A DNA stretch of 64,000 nucleotides from Gammaproteobacteria bacterium. Its GTDB lineage: Bacteria > Pseudomonadota > Gammaproteobacteria > Ga0077536. Made by a program: the position numbers and the translations under genes. The DNA lies in contig CAXXLL010000002.1 of assembly GCA_963662545.2 (NCBI GenBank), positions 416,001-480,000 of the forward strand, read 5' to 3'. Numbering within the stretch: position 1 is the first letter of the stretch; the number at the start of each line of letters is the position of its first letter. This document shows positions 30,415 to 43,240 of this stretch, one piece after another. Below the pieces are notes generated by a model. That model was not told the DNA's origin. It did no database searches and saw only the letters and a list, made by a program, of their open reading frames with translations.

Positions 30415-33400
30415 ATGCTGGAGCTTACTAACAAGCGCTCATCGGTTTTAGCCAGGGGTATCGTAGCCCGGAAATCCTGGGTCCTCATCGTCGCTGCGGT
30501 CTGCGTGAACGCTTCGGCGGGTGGGCCACAGGCGGCCGCGGCGGATGATGCTGGAGCGCGGCCGCCGAAGCTCGAAAGCGCAGACGCGAGGCGTTCGCGT
30601 ATCGCGCGTGAATTCCGCTCGGGCGTGGAGATTCTCGCCGCCGACGACATGCAGGGACGTGGGCTCGGAACGGCGGGTCTGAGCCGCGCTGCTTCCTGGA
30701 TCGAGGGCCGACTGCGCGACCCAGGGTTCGATCCGGCGTTCGGATCGAGCTACCGGCAGAACTTCCAGGTGAAGGTGGGCGTGGCGCTTGTGGGGCGGAA
30801 CGAGCTCAAGGGAGTTGCCGATGGGGACTGGACACCGCTCGGGATGTCCAGCAACGGAGGGTTTTCCGGAGAATTGGCGTTTGTCGGATACGGCATCGAG
30901 GCGCCGCCAATCGGCTTCCGCGAACTCTCCGGTCTCGACATCGAAGGCAAGATCGTGCTCATGCTCAGGTATGAGCCGCAGGAGCGGGACGAAGCATCGC
31001 CGTTCAACGGCAAGAAGCCGAGCCGTTGGTCGGCGCTACGCTACAAGATCCTCCAGGCGCGCGAGCGCGGTGCTGCAGCGGTGATCTTTGCCACGGGACC
31101 CCTTCAGGACGAAAGCGAGGATCGCATCCCGGCCCTGACGAACGACGGCCCGGAGAGCCCGTCCGGCATTCCCGTGATCCAGGTCAGGACGTCCGTCGCC
31201 CGTCGTTGGCTCAAGCAGGCGGGCATCGATCTCCAGGCGTTTCAGGAACAGGTCGATCGGGATCTCGTTCCACGCTCCAACGACGCGACGGGGATTCGCC
31301 TCGAAGGCCACGTCGAGCTAGCGGCCACCTATGAGGACGTGGTGAATCTCGCCGGCGTTATCTCGGGGCGGGGTATCTTCGCGAGTGATGTCTTGGTGGT
31401 CGGCGCACACTACGATCATCTTGGGATGGGGGGCGATCGGTCGATGCGGCCCAACGAGTCCGCGATCCACAACGGCGCGGACGACAACGCATCTGGGACG
31501 ATGGCAGCTATTCAGATAGGCGAGGAGCTGAAGTCGGTGCTGGCGCGCGAGAGCGATCACAGGACGGTTGTCGTGGCGCTCTTCTCGGCCGAGGAGGTAG
31601 GCCTCGCAGGATCGGCCAGGTTCGTCGAGGCGCCTCCGTTTCCCATGGAGCGCCATGTTGCGATGGTCAATCTCGACATGGTGGGCCGGCTCAAGGACGA
31701 CACTCTGATCGCGTTTGGGTCGGAGTCTGCATCGGAGTGGGGGGATTGGATCGATCGCGCCAGGCGAGCGGTCCCGGGCCTGAAGGTGACGAGCAGCGGC
31801 GACGGCTATGGTCCCTCCGACCAGACGAGTTTCTATGCAGCGGGCGTGCCGGTCCTGCATTTGTTCACCGGCTCCCACGATGCGTACCACACGCCGGATG
31901 ACACAGCGGACACGGTGAACGCCGATGGCGGCGCGCGCGTCGTCGCCTTCTCGACCTCACTCCTCAGGGACTTGGCCGTGCAGCCGGTGCGGCTCACCTA
32001 CGAGGGCGCCGGCGCTGCACCCACGATGTGGGGCGACAGCCGTGGCTTCGGTGCGTACCTCGGCACGATCCCCGACTACACGGCGATGGAATCTGCCGAA
32101 GGCGGCGTCCTTCTTGCCGACGTGCGCAAGGGCGGTCCGGCGGACCTCGCTGGTATCCGCGGGCGAGATAGGATCGTCAAGATGGCGGGGACGCGTATCG
32201 AGAACCTTTACGACATGACGTACGCGCTGCAAGACAGCAAACCCGGGCAGACGATCGAGGTCGTTGTGGTACGGGACGACAAGGACCTCCGGTTCCTGTC
32301 GACGCTCGGGGATAGAGCCGCCATGGCGAAGCAAGGGGAAGAGGGTGAAGCCGAGAAGGATCGCGACCCCGCGGCCATGCACCCGTCTCTGCCTGCGGCC
32401 CCGCCACCAAAGGAGGCGGTAGTCGCCGCAGCGGAGGATGTCGCCGCGTTCTATCGCGGCCGACCTGGCGACGACTTTCGCGTTGGGGCGGGCAAGCCAT
32501 TTCTCGACACGGTCGAGCACGAAAGGCACCTTGCTGAAATTCGCCAACTGACGTTCGGCGGGGAGAACGCCGAGGCGTACTTCAGTCCCGACGGCAGGCG
32601 TCTCATCTATCAGGCGACGGTCCCCGGCGCAGACTGCGATCAGCAGTACGTCATGGATCTCGGCACTGGAGATTCCGAGCTGGTGTCCTCCGGCAAGGGA
32701 CGCACCACGTGCGGCTATTTCGACTGGCCCGAGGGCGACCGGATCGTCTACGCGTCCACCGAGACGGCCGGCGACGAGTGCCCACTGCCGCCCGACCACT
32801 CGCGCGGTTACGTCTGGGCCTTGTACGACACGTTCGACATCTTCGAGGCGCGCCCCGACGGCTCGGGAGCGCGTCGCCTCACTGAAAGTCCGGGCTACGA
32901 CGCCGAGGCGACGTGGTGTCACCGCGGCGGGGAGATGGTCTTCACGTCGATGCGCGACGGTGATCTGGATCTCTACGCGATGGACGAGGCGGGCAACGTG
33001 AGGCGACTGACGCAAGAGGAGGGATACGACGGCGGCGCGTTCTTCAGCCCCGACTGCTCCGAGATCGTCTGGCGAGCGAGCCGCCCAGAAGGCGAAGACC
33101 TGGTGGCGTACCGCCGGCTCCTGTCCCAGAACCTGATCCGGCCGACGGCTCTGGAGATCTTCGTTATGAACGCCGATGGTTCGGCCATTCGTCAACTCAC
33201 GGCCAACGGTGCCGCCAACTTTTGTCCGACCTTCACGGCGGACGGCTCGAAGATCGTCTACGCCTCCAACTATGCCTTCGAGGCGGGCGCCGCGCGTCCC
33301 CGCGAGTTCGATCTGTGGCTCGTGGACAAGGCGGGCGGTGAGTCCGAGCAGGTCACGTTCGCGCGAGGCTTCGATGGCTTTCCGCAATTCAGCCCCGACG

Positions 33401-33483
33401 GTCGCTGGCTCGTGTGGGCTTCGAACCGAGCCGATCCGGGGTCGGGCGAGACGAACATCTTCATTGCACGATGGGTGCCGTGA
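30415..33483 (+). CDS. M28 aminopeptidase (PA + M28 + PDZ) fused to a C-terminal TolB-like PD40 beta-propeller
   Basis: GAHYDHLG, NGADDNASG, SAEEVG, NLDMVG, YHTPDD; PDZ YLGTIPD; propeller repeats AEAYFSPDG, GGAFFSPD, GFPQFSPDG. Confidence 0.88.
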   Translation: MLELTNKRSSVLARGIVARKSWVLIVAAVCVNASAGGPQAAAADDAGARPPKLESADARRSRIAREFRSGVEILAADDMQGRGLGTAGLSRAASWIEGRLRDPGFDPAFGSSYRQNFQVKVGVALVGRNELKGVADGDWTPLGMSSNGGFSGELAFVGYGIEAPPIGFRELSGLDIEGKIVLMLRYEPQERDEASPFNGKKPSRWSALRYKILQARERGAAAVIFATGPLQDESEDRIPALTNDGPESPSGIPVIQVRTSVARRWLKQAGIDLQAFQEQVDRDLVPRSNDATGIRLEGHVELAATYEDVVNLAGVISGRGIFASDVLVVGAHYDHLGMGGDRSMRPNESAIHNGADDNASGTMAAIQIGEELKSVLARESDHRTVVVALFSAEEVGLAGSARFVEAPPFPMERHVAMVNLDMVGRLKDDTLIAFGSESASEWGDWIDRARRAVPGLKVTSSGDGYGPSDQTSFYAAGVPVLHLFTGSHDAYHTPDDTADTVNADGGARVVAFSTSLLRDLAVQPVRLTYEGAGAAPTMWGDSRGFGAYLGTIPDYTAMESAEGGVLLADVRKGGPADLAGIRGRDRIVKMAGTRIENLYDMTYALQDSKPGQTIEVVVVRDDKDLRFLSTLGDRAAMAKQGEEGEAEKDRDPAAMHPSLPAAPPPKEAVVAAAEDVAAFYRGRPGDDFRVGAGKPFLDTVEHERHLAEIRQLTFGGENAEAYFSPDGRRLIYQATVPGADCDQQYVMDLGTGDSELVSSGKGRTTCGYFDWPEGDRIVYASTETAGDECPLPPDHSRGYVWALYDTFDIFEARPDGSGARRLTESPGYDAEATWCHRGGEMVFTSMRDGDLDLYAMDEAGNVRRLTQEEGYDGGAFFSPDCSEIVWRASRPEGEDLVAYRRLLSQNLIRPTALEIFVMNADGSAIRQLTANGAANFCPTFTADGSKIVYASNYAFEAGAARPREFDLWLVDKAGGESEQVTFARGFDGFPQFSPDGRWLVWASNRADPGSGETNIFIARWVP

Positions 33484-33758
33484 TCGGCGTCGGGCTGTGC
33501 GATCGCGCCCATGTTCCTGACGGTCTCACCTGGAGTATAGGAAGAGCAAGAGTATAGGGAGAACAACGCCCCAATTCACAGGTATCGGCGCGCAAAACGT
33601 AGCGCCCGATAGGAGCTGCATGGCCGATTGAGCATGGGACTATCAGTCGTACGATTGGGATATCCGAGATGAAAAGCAACGTAAGAACATCAGAACGTCA
33701 GTGACAGGAACCCGCTTTGGCGGGTTTCTTGTTGCCTGCGCGATGTCCGTTGCTGGCC

Positions 33759-33917
33759 GAGGCTGTGTCAAAAGTCGAAAAATGCACGACGCCGCGAAAA
33801 TATTTCCCACTAAGGTTGTTATGAACGGCTGATTAAGGGACGGCACCCTTTAACTTAAGCGAATCGGGCTAAACTTCTCCCACTTTCAAAATTCGAAAAT
33901 ACTTTTGACACAGCCTC
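33759..33917. mobile_element. 159-bp MITE with IS1182-like ends; GGCC duplicated on both sides
   Basis: IRs GAGGCTGTGTCAAAAGT / ACTTTTGACACAGCCTC, inserted in ATGTCCGTTGCTGGCCGAAAGCCGCCAT. Confidence 0.82.
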
Positions 33918-34008
33918 GGCCGAAAGCCGCCATGCTCACTTGAGGGATTCGCATCACCGGTAACGGCTGCTTTCGGGCTAAGCGGACGTGGAGTTAAGCG
34001 ATGGCTTC

Positions 34009-34224
34009 TCATTCCTGTTCCCAATCCTTCGGCCAAAATTTCCTCCGCGCCCATATCCACACCCACCATAACGCTGCCATCCAGAACGTAAAAGCCATTG
34101 CTCTCTGCAACGGGTTTGATTCTGGTGCTCCGGCGGCAATCCAATAACCGAATCTAGCCCCTATGAGATTGCTTTGGGCGATGGAGACGAAAAGGGTCGC
34201 TTTGTAAGTCGCTTGATCTTTCAT
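34009..34224 (-). CDS. Small hypothetical membrane protein
   Basis: MKDQATYK... with a Trp-rich TM segment. Confidence 0.4.
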   Translation of the reverse strand: MKDQATYKATLFVSIAQSNLIGARFGYWIAAGAPESNPLQRAMAFTFWMAALWWVWIWARRKFWPKDWEQE

Positions 34225-34396
34225 ACGTGTAGCTTCGCTTACTCTCGCACTCAGTTCGTCGGTGAATAATATGCCGCAGTACAGGGGAGCCCGGAAATGT
34301 TCCGAGATATGTGCTTTTGGTACAGTTTGCTTTGAAATTGTTTTCAGCAAAATCAATACTTAGCGGCGTAAGAATGGCGATACAGGAGCAAACTGA

Positions 34397-34669
34397 ATGG
34401 CTTGGACCGAAGAACGTCGGAAACAACAAGCGGAGATATGCCGCAAGAACAAACCGTGGTTGAAAAGTACCGGACCAAAGACGTTGCAGGGTAAAGCTAC
34501 GGTTGCTTTAAATGCCCGAAAATATAAGGAATGGTTTCACGAAGAAGCAATCGAGCGGCGACGCTCATTATTTGAACGACAAAAGGAACGGTTGAGATTA
34601 CTTCATCGGGAGAATTTTGAATTAAAGCTCAAATTGCAGAAATACGAATCCGACGCCTTGGGTGATTAA
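34397..34669 (+). CDS. Small basic protein with an STGPKT motif (HGGxSTG-like, phage/mobile associated)
   Basis: KPWLKSTGPKTLQGKATVALNARK; AGGAG RBS. Confidence 0.65.
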   Translation: MAWTEERRKQQAEICRKNKPWLKSTGPKTLQGKATVALNARKYKEWFHEEAIERRRSLFERQKERLRLLHRENFELKLKLQKYESDALGD

Positions 34670-36750
34670 ATCCGAAGATTGGTGCTTCTTCGCGCGAACC
34701 CTAAATATCCAATCCCTGTTAAACCTGACGCCAGCATCGGAAGGGCCGCGGGTATGGTTACGAAAGAAACCTCCATGTTATCGAGATAAGGCGACGCTAA
34801 TTCGCCGATTCCGCTGATGGTGAGCCGGGTCATGTTATCGCCCGTTACCGTCAATCGCGTTCTAAACTTGTGGCGGCATCGGATTATTAGGCGCCGCAAA
34901 TTGTACGTCCTCTCCGACGCGGAAAAAGTCGATCGTTGACGGTGGACCTGGAAGGAACTGAAAGTCCAGCGGAGATAGTCGCACCCCGTGATTACCAATA
35001 ACTACGACATCAAGCGACACTTGAGTCACAGGTCGAGCGAAATCTAAGATTACTGGTCCGGCGGAAAACGGGTCTTGGCTCATCCCCAAAGTACCGAATT
35101 CCACAAAATCAGGTTCGCCGCTCGGCGCAGTGATGTATACCGCGTTTTGGAAAACGATATCGGCGGTATTCTCAACAAGAAAAAATGTAGACGGATTTCC
35201 AGGAATCTGGGCTGTGCCGTCCTCAAAGTCGAGAGTAACTGCGTTTGCGTAGGTTCATAGGTCGGATCTTATAAGCCGTTGAAAAGAGGGAACCAAAAGC
35301 GCTCCATCCGATCAGATCATGAAATCAACACCAATCGACTTCGTGATCTGGGAGTATCGGATGAAGCACAGCGAAATTAGCACAGTGAGCCGGCAGTTAA
35401 AACGCACGCTAGGCGAGCGTACGCTCAACGACTTGGGGCGTGCAACGCGATTCTGTCGCCGAGAAAGGGAGGTCACGCCGTTCCGTTTAGCGGTAAGCCT
35501 AATCGAAAGCTTCGCCGGGCACTCAGCGAGCTGTATCGCTGATATTCAACGCGCTTTCAATGCGCTGTGCTCGACCACGGTGCGCTACAAACCGTTTCAT
35601 AATCAGCTCGCCAAAAAACAGTTTCCGATGTTTATGCAAGCGCTGCTAAGCGAATTGCTCAATGGCCTGGCCTGCGATGTCCTCCGATTCGAACCCAACA
35701 GCCCATTTGCGCAGTTTGACCACATCCGCATCCAGGACGGCACCTCGTTTGCGTTAAAACCGGCGCTGAAGGACAGCTTTCCCGGTCGCTTCACGACCGT
35801 GAGTCCCGCCGCGGTAGAACTCCATGCCGATCTCGACCTGCTCAGTGAGACCCTGAACGAGGTCGTACTCAGCCCTGACAGCTCAGCAGAGCGGCAGTTC
35901 TTGCCGGCCGTTGAAGAGGTCGCTGGTGGTTTGCTGCTGGCCGACCGTGGCTACTTCGCGCGGCCTTACTTTGAAGCGCTCGACACCGCCGGCGGCTATT
36001 TCATCGTGCGCGCGGGTCAAGGTATCAATCCGCTGATCGTTGCCGCTCGTCGCGCCGATGGGCGGCGGGTCAAACGCTTTGACAAGCAGCGATTGAAAGC
36101 GGTGGCATCGACCTTAAAGCGCTTCGATTGCCTCGACATGGTCGTGCAATTCGACGGCGTGCAGGGACCCTGGACCTGTCGTTTAGTCGTGCACCCCAAC
36201 CTTAAAAAAGGTGCAGCACCTCGTTATCTCATCACCAATCTCGACGCCACCACCTTTACGCCCGAGCATATTAGCGACGCGTATCGATTACGCTGGCAGG
36301 TCGAGCTGCTATTCAAAGAGTGGAAGTCTTACGCCAATCTACACGCCTTTGATACCGCCAACCCGCACATCGCCGAAGGGCTTATCTGGGCCGCACTATG
36401 CGCCGCAACGCTGCAGCGCTATTGCGCTCATGTCACCGAGCGCTGGTTGAACGTCGCCATCTCGACTCATACCGCGGCCAAGTGCATTCATCACGTGCTC
36501 GGTCCCATTCTCCATACGCTTATCCATCGGCCCCGCTCTTTACACCGACCGCTCGAACACGCGTTGCGCTATTTGGCCAGCAACGCTCAGCGCGCAAAAC
36601 CTGACCGCGATTGCATTTCGGGACGACTCAAGCTCGGCCTTCAGCATGTTCATGCGGCCGCTTAAGAACTAACCTATGTGCGTAGGTTAAGTTCAGCTCA
36701 AAAAATGTTAGGAGCGCCGTGATCAACACATTTAGCGCCGCTTTTTTCAT
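34666..36750 (-). pseudogene. PEP-CTERM/VPLPA-CTERM-type surface protein, interrupted by IS4 and frameshifted
   Basis: MKKAALNVLITALLTFFELNLTYA|NAVTLDFED reads through once the IS and one TSD are removed. The sorting-like tail TIPAALPMLASGLTGIGYLGFARR is in another frame. Confidence 0.7.
35256..36678 (+). mobile_element. IS4-family element, copy 2 (intact transposase, stop at 36665)
   Basis: Nearly identical to 24382-25822; 10-bp TSD TGCGTAGGTT. Confidence 0.95.
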
Positions 36751-36845
36751 TGCCGAAATCTACCCCCGTGGACTTATCGTGGACTTACACAAGGCCGTCC
36801 AAACATTTCGATGGCCGCGTTGCGTTGGTAACCTGCTGATTAATT

Positions 36846-36922
36846 TGGTCGGGGTGACAGGATTCGAACCTACGACCCCTGCCTCCCGAAGGCAGTGCTC
36901 TACCAGGCTGAGCTACACCCCG
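36846..36922 (-). tRNA. tRNA-Pro(CGG)
   Basis: CGGGGTGTAGCTCAGCCTGGTAGAGCACTGCCTTCGGGAGGCAGGGGTCGTAGGTTCGAATCCTGTCACCCCGACCA. Confidence 0.97.
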
Positions 36923-36943
36923 ACTGTTTGGAACGCGCTGGTT

Positions 36944-37942
36944 CTACGAATTGCGGTGGACGGCGAACTCTACCAGGGCTTCGAGTGCATCTCGGTAGGG
37001 GGATTTCGGGATCGCGGCGCACGCCGTCCGCGCTTTTTCGGCCTCGGCCTCAGCGCGCGCGAAAGTGTAGGCGATGGCACCGGTCGATTCAATTGCGCGG
37101 GAGATCTCCTCGATGCGGTCCCGGCCGCCCTCGACGATGGCTTCGCGGACGATCGCGGCCTGCTCGCTGGTGCCGTTCCACATCGCGTAGAGCAGGGGCA
37201 GCGTGGGTTTGCCTTCCGCGAGGTCGTCACCGATGTTTTTGCCGAGGTCCTCGGGCGAGGCGCTGTAGTCGAGGGCGTCGTCGACGAGTTGAAAAGCGGT
37301 ACCGATGTGGCGGCCGTAAGCGCCCATCGCGTGCTCGAACTCGCTTTCCCGGCCCGCGATCACGGCGCCCAGGATTGCCGCCGCTTCGAAGAGCTTTGCC
37401 GTCTTGTTGTGAATCGTGGTCAGGTAGCGTTCCTCGGTCGTGCCCGGGTCGCGGCAGTTGATGAGCTGCATCACCTCGCCCTCGGCAATGGTATTGGTCG
37501 CATCGGCGAGGATTTCGAGTACGCGAATGTCCTGCAGATCCACCATCATTTGGAACGCGCGCGAATAGAGGAAATCGCCGACGAGAACACTGGCCTCGTT
37601 GCCCCAGACGAGATTTGCGGTCTCCCGCCCGCGGCGCATTTTCGAGGCGTCGACCACGTCGTCGTGCAACAGGGTGGCGGTATGGATCAGCTCGACGATA
37701 ACCGCCACCTCTCTATGACGCGTTCCGTCGTAGCCCGCCGCCTTGGCGCTCAACAGCGCCAGCAACGGGCGCAGGCGCTTGCCGCCGCTGCCGATGATGT
37801 AGTGGCTGAGTTGGTTGATCAGCACGACGTTGGAATAAAGGCGGGCCTTGATCAGCCGGTCGACGGCGGTAAGATCGTCGCCGACGAGTCGGCGCAGATC
37901 ATCGATTTCAGGTTTGGTTTGGGTTTCTTCCAAGGCGGTCAC
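36944..37942 (-). CDS. ispB: Octaprenyl-diphosphate synthase
   Basis: [32 protein letters not shown]; divergent from rplU. Confidence 0.93.
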   Translation of the reverse strand: MTALEETQTKPEIDDLRRLVGDDLTAVDRLIKARLYSNVVLINQLSHYIIGSGGKRLRPLLALLSAKAAGYDGTRHREVAVIVELIHTATLLHDDVVDASKMRRGRETANLVWGNEASVLVGDFLYSRAFQMMVDLQDIRVLEILADATNTIAEGEVMQLINCRDPGTTEERYLTTIHNKTAKLFEAAAILGAVIAGRESEFEHAMGAYGRHIGTAFQLVDDALDYSASPEDLGKNIGDDLAEGKPTLPLLYAMWNGTSEQAAIVREAIVEGGRDRIEEISRAIESTGAIAYTFARAEAEAEKARTACAAIPKSPYRDALEALVEFAVHRNS

Positions 37943-38018
37943 TAATGGGCATTGGTCGGGATCAGCCACCGGATCTTGCCAAGAGCAGGGGGAAAATGCC
38001 ATTTTCGGCGCCCCGATC

Positions 38019-38047
38019 TTGTCTCGCAAAGGCGAATTCCGTAAAAT
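38019..38047 (+). promoter_or_regulatory. Sigma70 promoter upstream of rplU
   Basis: TTGTCT-N17-TAAAAT. Confidence 0.6.
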
Positions 38048-38099
38048 CGCGCGCTTATTTGGGGTCCCAGGACCCGGATTCACCCGGCAGGTTATCGTA

Positions 38100-38414
38100 A
38101 TGCAGGCAGTCATCAAAACCGGCGGAAAGCAGTACCGCGTCAGCGAAGGGGACAAGCTGAACGTCGAAAGTCTTGCCGCGGGCGCCGGCGAAGACGTCGA
38201 ATTCGCCGAGGTCCTGATGCTGGACGACGACGATAATATCGAAATCGGTACCCCTTTTGTCGAGGGCGCGAAGGTCACGGCCAAGGTCGTCGAGCACGGC
38301 CGCGGCGAGAAGATTCTCATTGTGAAATTCAAGCGCCGCAAGCACTACCTCAGGCGTAAGGGCCATCGGCAGAACTATACCCGGGTCGAGATCACAGGAG
38401 TCAGCAGGGGCTAG
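38100..38414 (+). CDS. rplU: 50S ribosomal protein L21
   Basis: [14 protein letters not shown]...GHRQNYT. Confidence 0.97.
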   Translation: MQAVIKTGGKQYRVSEGDKLNVESLAAGAGEDVEFAEVLMLDDDDNIEIGTPFVEGAKVTAKVVEHGRGEKILIVKFKRRKHYLRRKGHRQNYTRVEITGVSRG

Positions 38415-38416
38415 CC

Positions 38417-38677
38417 ATGGCGCATAAGAAAGCCGGCGGCAGTACGCGCAATGGACGTGATTCGGAATCCAAACGACTCGGCGTCAAGCGCTACGGTGGC
38501 GAGTCGGTGCGCGCGGGCAGCATCATTGTCCGGCAAAGGGGTACGCATTTTCACCCCGGGATGAACGTTGGATGCGGACGCGATCACACGCTGTTCGCTA
38601 AGGCAGACGGGCAGGTGCGTTTCGAACGCAAGGGCCCGCGCCACAGAAGTTTTGTGAGTGTCGTTGTCAAACAATAA
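38417..38677 (+). CDS. rpmA: 50S ribosomal protein L27
   Basis: [16 protein letters not shown]. Confidence 0.98.
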   Translation: MAHKKAGGSTRNGRDSESKRLGVKRYGGESVRAGSIIVRQRGTHFHPGMNVGCGRDHTLFAKADGQVRFERKGPRHRSFVSVVVKQ

Positions 38678-38701
38678 CAACAACGCCAATTGAACACTTG
38701 C

Positions 38702-38727
38702 AACCCCGTCTTAGACGGGGTTTTTTC
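38702..38727 (+). terminator. Rho-independent terminator
   Basis: AACCCCGTC-TTA-GACGGGGTT followed by a T-run. Confidence 0.8.
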
Positions 38728-38761
38728 TGTCCGGACTCCAGTGTGCTGTCCCGAAGATTAA

Positions 38762-40958
<2,197 letters not shown>

Positions 40959-40997
40959 AAAATATTTCCGAGAATAATATTCCTGGATAACGGGTTA

Positions 40998-41160
40998 GGG
41001 AACCTCTGAATAAGTCATGGCACCTCTACCTTGCTTTTGAAATCGCGGAGCCTAACGTGACGAACCTTAGCCCTAGTCCCGCTATGGCCTGCGATTCGTG
41101 CCTCGATCTGCACCATTGCATGAACCATTCAGACCCACCATGACGTATTCAGAGGTTCTT
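40998..41160. mobile_element. MITE with IS5-like ends
   Basis: IR GAACCTCTGAATAAGTCATGG / CCATGACGTATTCAGAGGTTC. Confidence 0.65.
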
Positions 41161-41174
41161 GAGACGTCAGCAAC

Positions 41175-41200
41175 AAAAAGCCGGCTTCGAGCCGGCTTTA
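41175..41200. terminator. Probable bidirectional terminator between proB and rpsT
   Basis: AAAAAGCCGGC-TTCGA-GCCGGCTTT. Confidence 0.75.
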
Positions 41201-41237
41201 TCAATCATATGGGCGGGTAAGATACGCGAGCTAGCGC

Positions 41238-41501
41238 TCAGGACATTGCCTTGATTCGGGAGTTCAACCTGGATTTATGGCGAGCCGCTTTGTTCTTGTG
41301 AATGATGTTGTCGCCGGCCATGCGGTCGATGATCGGCACCGCTTTCGCGTATGCGGCTATCGCCTGTTCTTTGTCGCCCGCTGCGATGGCATTCACGACC
41401 TGCTTGATTCGGGTGCGTAAGAGCGAGCGGCGAGAGATGTTGTGAATGCGGCGTTTTTCGGATTGGCGGGCGCGCTTGCGCGCCTGGGAGGAATTAGCCA
41501 A
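41238..41501 (-). CDS. rpsT: 30S ribosomal protein S20
   Basis: TTG start, [12 protein letters not shown]...[13 protein letters not shown]. Confidence 0.96.
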   Translation of the reverse strand: MANSSQARKRARQSEKRRIHNISRRSLLRTRIKQVVNAIAAGDKEQAIAAYAKAVPIIDRMAGDNIIHKNKAARHKSRLNSRIKAMS

Positions 41502-41534
41502 TGGACGGTCTCCGGGGATCCTGAAAGGCGCGCA

Positions 41535-41563
41535 ACTATGCTCATTCACGTGCTCATTGTCAA
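41535..41563 (-). promoter_or_regulatory. Sigma70 promoter of rpsT
   Basis: TTGACA-N17-CATAGT. Confidence 0.65.
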
Positions 41564-41644
41564 TGTTGCCGTGATCCAGGCCGCGTTTATTGCGGCGTAT
41601 AATCCCGCGTCGACGCCCCGTGCGTAACTCTGGGGATTGGGACA

Positions 41645-43186
41645 CTGACTTCGAAACTCTTACGGTCGACCACCGTCGTCGGCCAGATGACGCTCATTTC
41701 GCGCGTTCTCGGTTTCGTTCGGGATGTCGTCATTGCGCGGTTGTTTGGCACCAGCCTCGCGGCGGACGCGTTTTTTATCGCGTTCAAGATTCCGAATCTC
41801 TTCCGCAGACTGTTTGCTGAAGGGGCATTCTCGCAGGCTTTCGTGCCAGTACTGGCCGAATACCGCGAGAAGGACGGCGATCCCGCGGTTGGGGATTTGA
41901 TCGACGCGACGAGTGGCACTCTGGCGATTGTACTCCTGGTAGTCGTCGCCATCGGTGTCATCGCTGCACCGCTTGTAATCGCCGTGTTTGCGCCGGGGTT
42001 CATTCAGGATACGGACAAGCTCGAGCTTGCTACGGCGCTCCTGCGATTTACTTTTCCGTACCTGTTCTTCATCTCGCTCACTGCACTAGCGGGTTCGGTA
42101 CTCAATACATACGGGCGGTTCGCGGTACCTGCAATCACGCCCGTGCTGCTCAATGTGTCACTGATCTTCGCCGCGATATCACTTTCGCCGCGGCTCGATC
42201 AACCCGTAATGGCACTAGCCATAGGGGTTCTCGTCGGCGGAATCGCGCAGCTCGCGTTGCAGCTAGCAGCGCTCTGGCGCCTCGGATTCGTGCCTAAACC
42301 CATCGTTGCATTCACCAATGAGGGCGTCAGGAAAATACTGCGCCTGATGGGTCCGGCGATGTTCGGAGTCTCGGTCGCACAGATCAATCTCATGTTCGAT
42401 ACCTTGATCGCGTCTTTCCTGCAGACGGGCAGCATCTCATGGCTTTATTACTCTGATCGCTTAGTAGAATTTCCGCTCGGCGTGTTCGGTATCGCACTGG
42501 CGACGGTGATCCTGCCGACCCTGTCCGCCCGGCACAGCGAAAGCGATCCGAAATCGTTTTCAGCGACACTCGATTGGGCGCTGCGGTGGGTTTTCCTCAT
42601 CGGCCTTCCCGCCGCGGTCGGTCTCGTGGTACTAGCCGCGCCCATGTTGAGCACGCTCTTTCAATATGGCGCGCTCGACGAACGTGATGTTGTCATGGCC
42701 TCGCGTAGTCTCGTCGCGTATTCGAGCGGCCTGATGGGTTTCATGCTCATCAAGGTGCTGGCGCCGGGATTCTTCGCACGCCAGGATACGCGCACGCCCG
42801 TGCGCATCGGCGTCATTGCGATGGTTGCGAATATGGTGATGAACCTCGTGTTCGTCTTTCCCCTGGCGCATGCGGGCCTCGCGTTGGCGACTGCGCTCTC
42901 GGCTTATATCAACGCGGCGTTGCTGTTTCGCGCCTTGCGGCGGAGCGGCGTATATCGTTCGAATACGGCTTGGCGACCGTATTTTATACGCGTTGGGCTG
43001 GCCGGCATCGCGATGGCATTGGTGCTGTGCTTGAGCGTCAAACCGGTATCGGTATGGAGCGCGTGGGATGTCTGGACGCGAGCCGGCCAGCTCTCGCTCT
43101 GGATCGCCGTTGGCGCAGGGACTTATTTCGCGGTTCTCTGGATTTGTGGGCTGAGGCCGCGCGATATGGCGATGCAGGTGCCCTGA
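41645..43186 (+). CDS. murJ: Lipid II flippase MurJ
   Basis: [28 protein letters not shown]. The conserved N-terminus extends upstream of ATG 41687, to a CTG at 41645. Confidence 0.95.
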   Translation: MTSKLLRSTTVVGQMTLISRVLGFVRDVVIARLFGTSLAADAFFIAFKIPNLFRRLFAEGAFSQAFVPVLAEYREKDGDPAVGDLIDATSGTLAIVLLVVVAIGVIAAPLVIAVFAPGFIQDTDKLELATALLRFTFPYLFFISLTALAGSVLNTYGRFAVPAITPVLLNVSLIFAAISLSPRLDQPVMALAIGVLVGGIAQLALQLAALWRLGFVPKPIVAFTNEGVRKILRLMGPAMFGVSVAQINLMFDTLIASFLQTGSISWLYYSDRLVEFPLGVFGIALATVILPTLSARHSESDPKSFSATLDWALRWVFLIGLPAAVGLVVLAAPMLSTLFQYGALDERDVVMASRSLVAYSSGLMGFMLIKVLAPGFFARQDTRTPVRIGVIAMVANMVMNLVFVFPLAHAGLALATALSAYINAALLFRALRRSGVYRSNTAWRPYFIRVGLAGIAMALVLCLSVKPVSVWSAWDVWTRAGQLSLWIAVGAGTYFAVLWICGLRPRDMAMQVP

Positions 43187-43240
43187 GTATAATGGCGTCC
43201 CGCTTCTCGCGACCCGACGCCATACCTCATCCTGCCTGCC

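Noticed and set aside
31957-33387. 476-aa minus-strand ORF (likewise 9431-10675 and 52246-53640)
   Set aside because: Shadows of well-supported genes on the opposite strand, with no recognisable motifs.
36719-37945. 408-aa plus-strand ORF
   Set aside because: Antisense to ispB and tRNA-Pro; a GC-rich shadow ORF.
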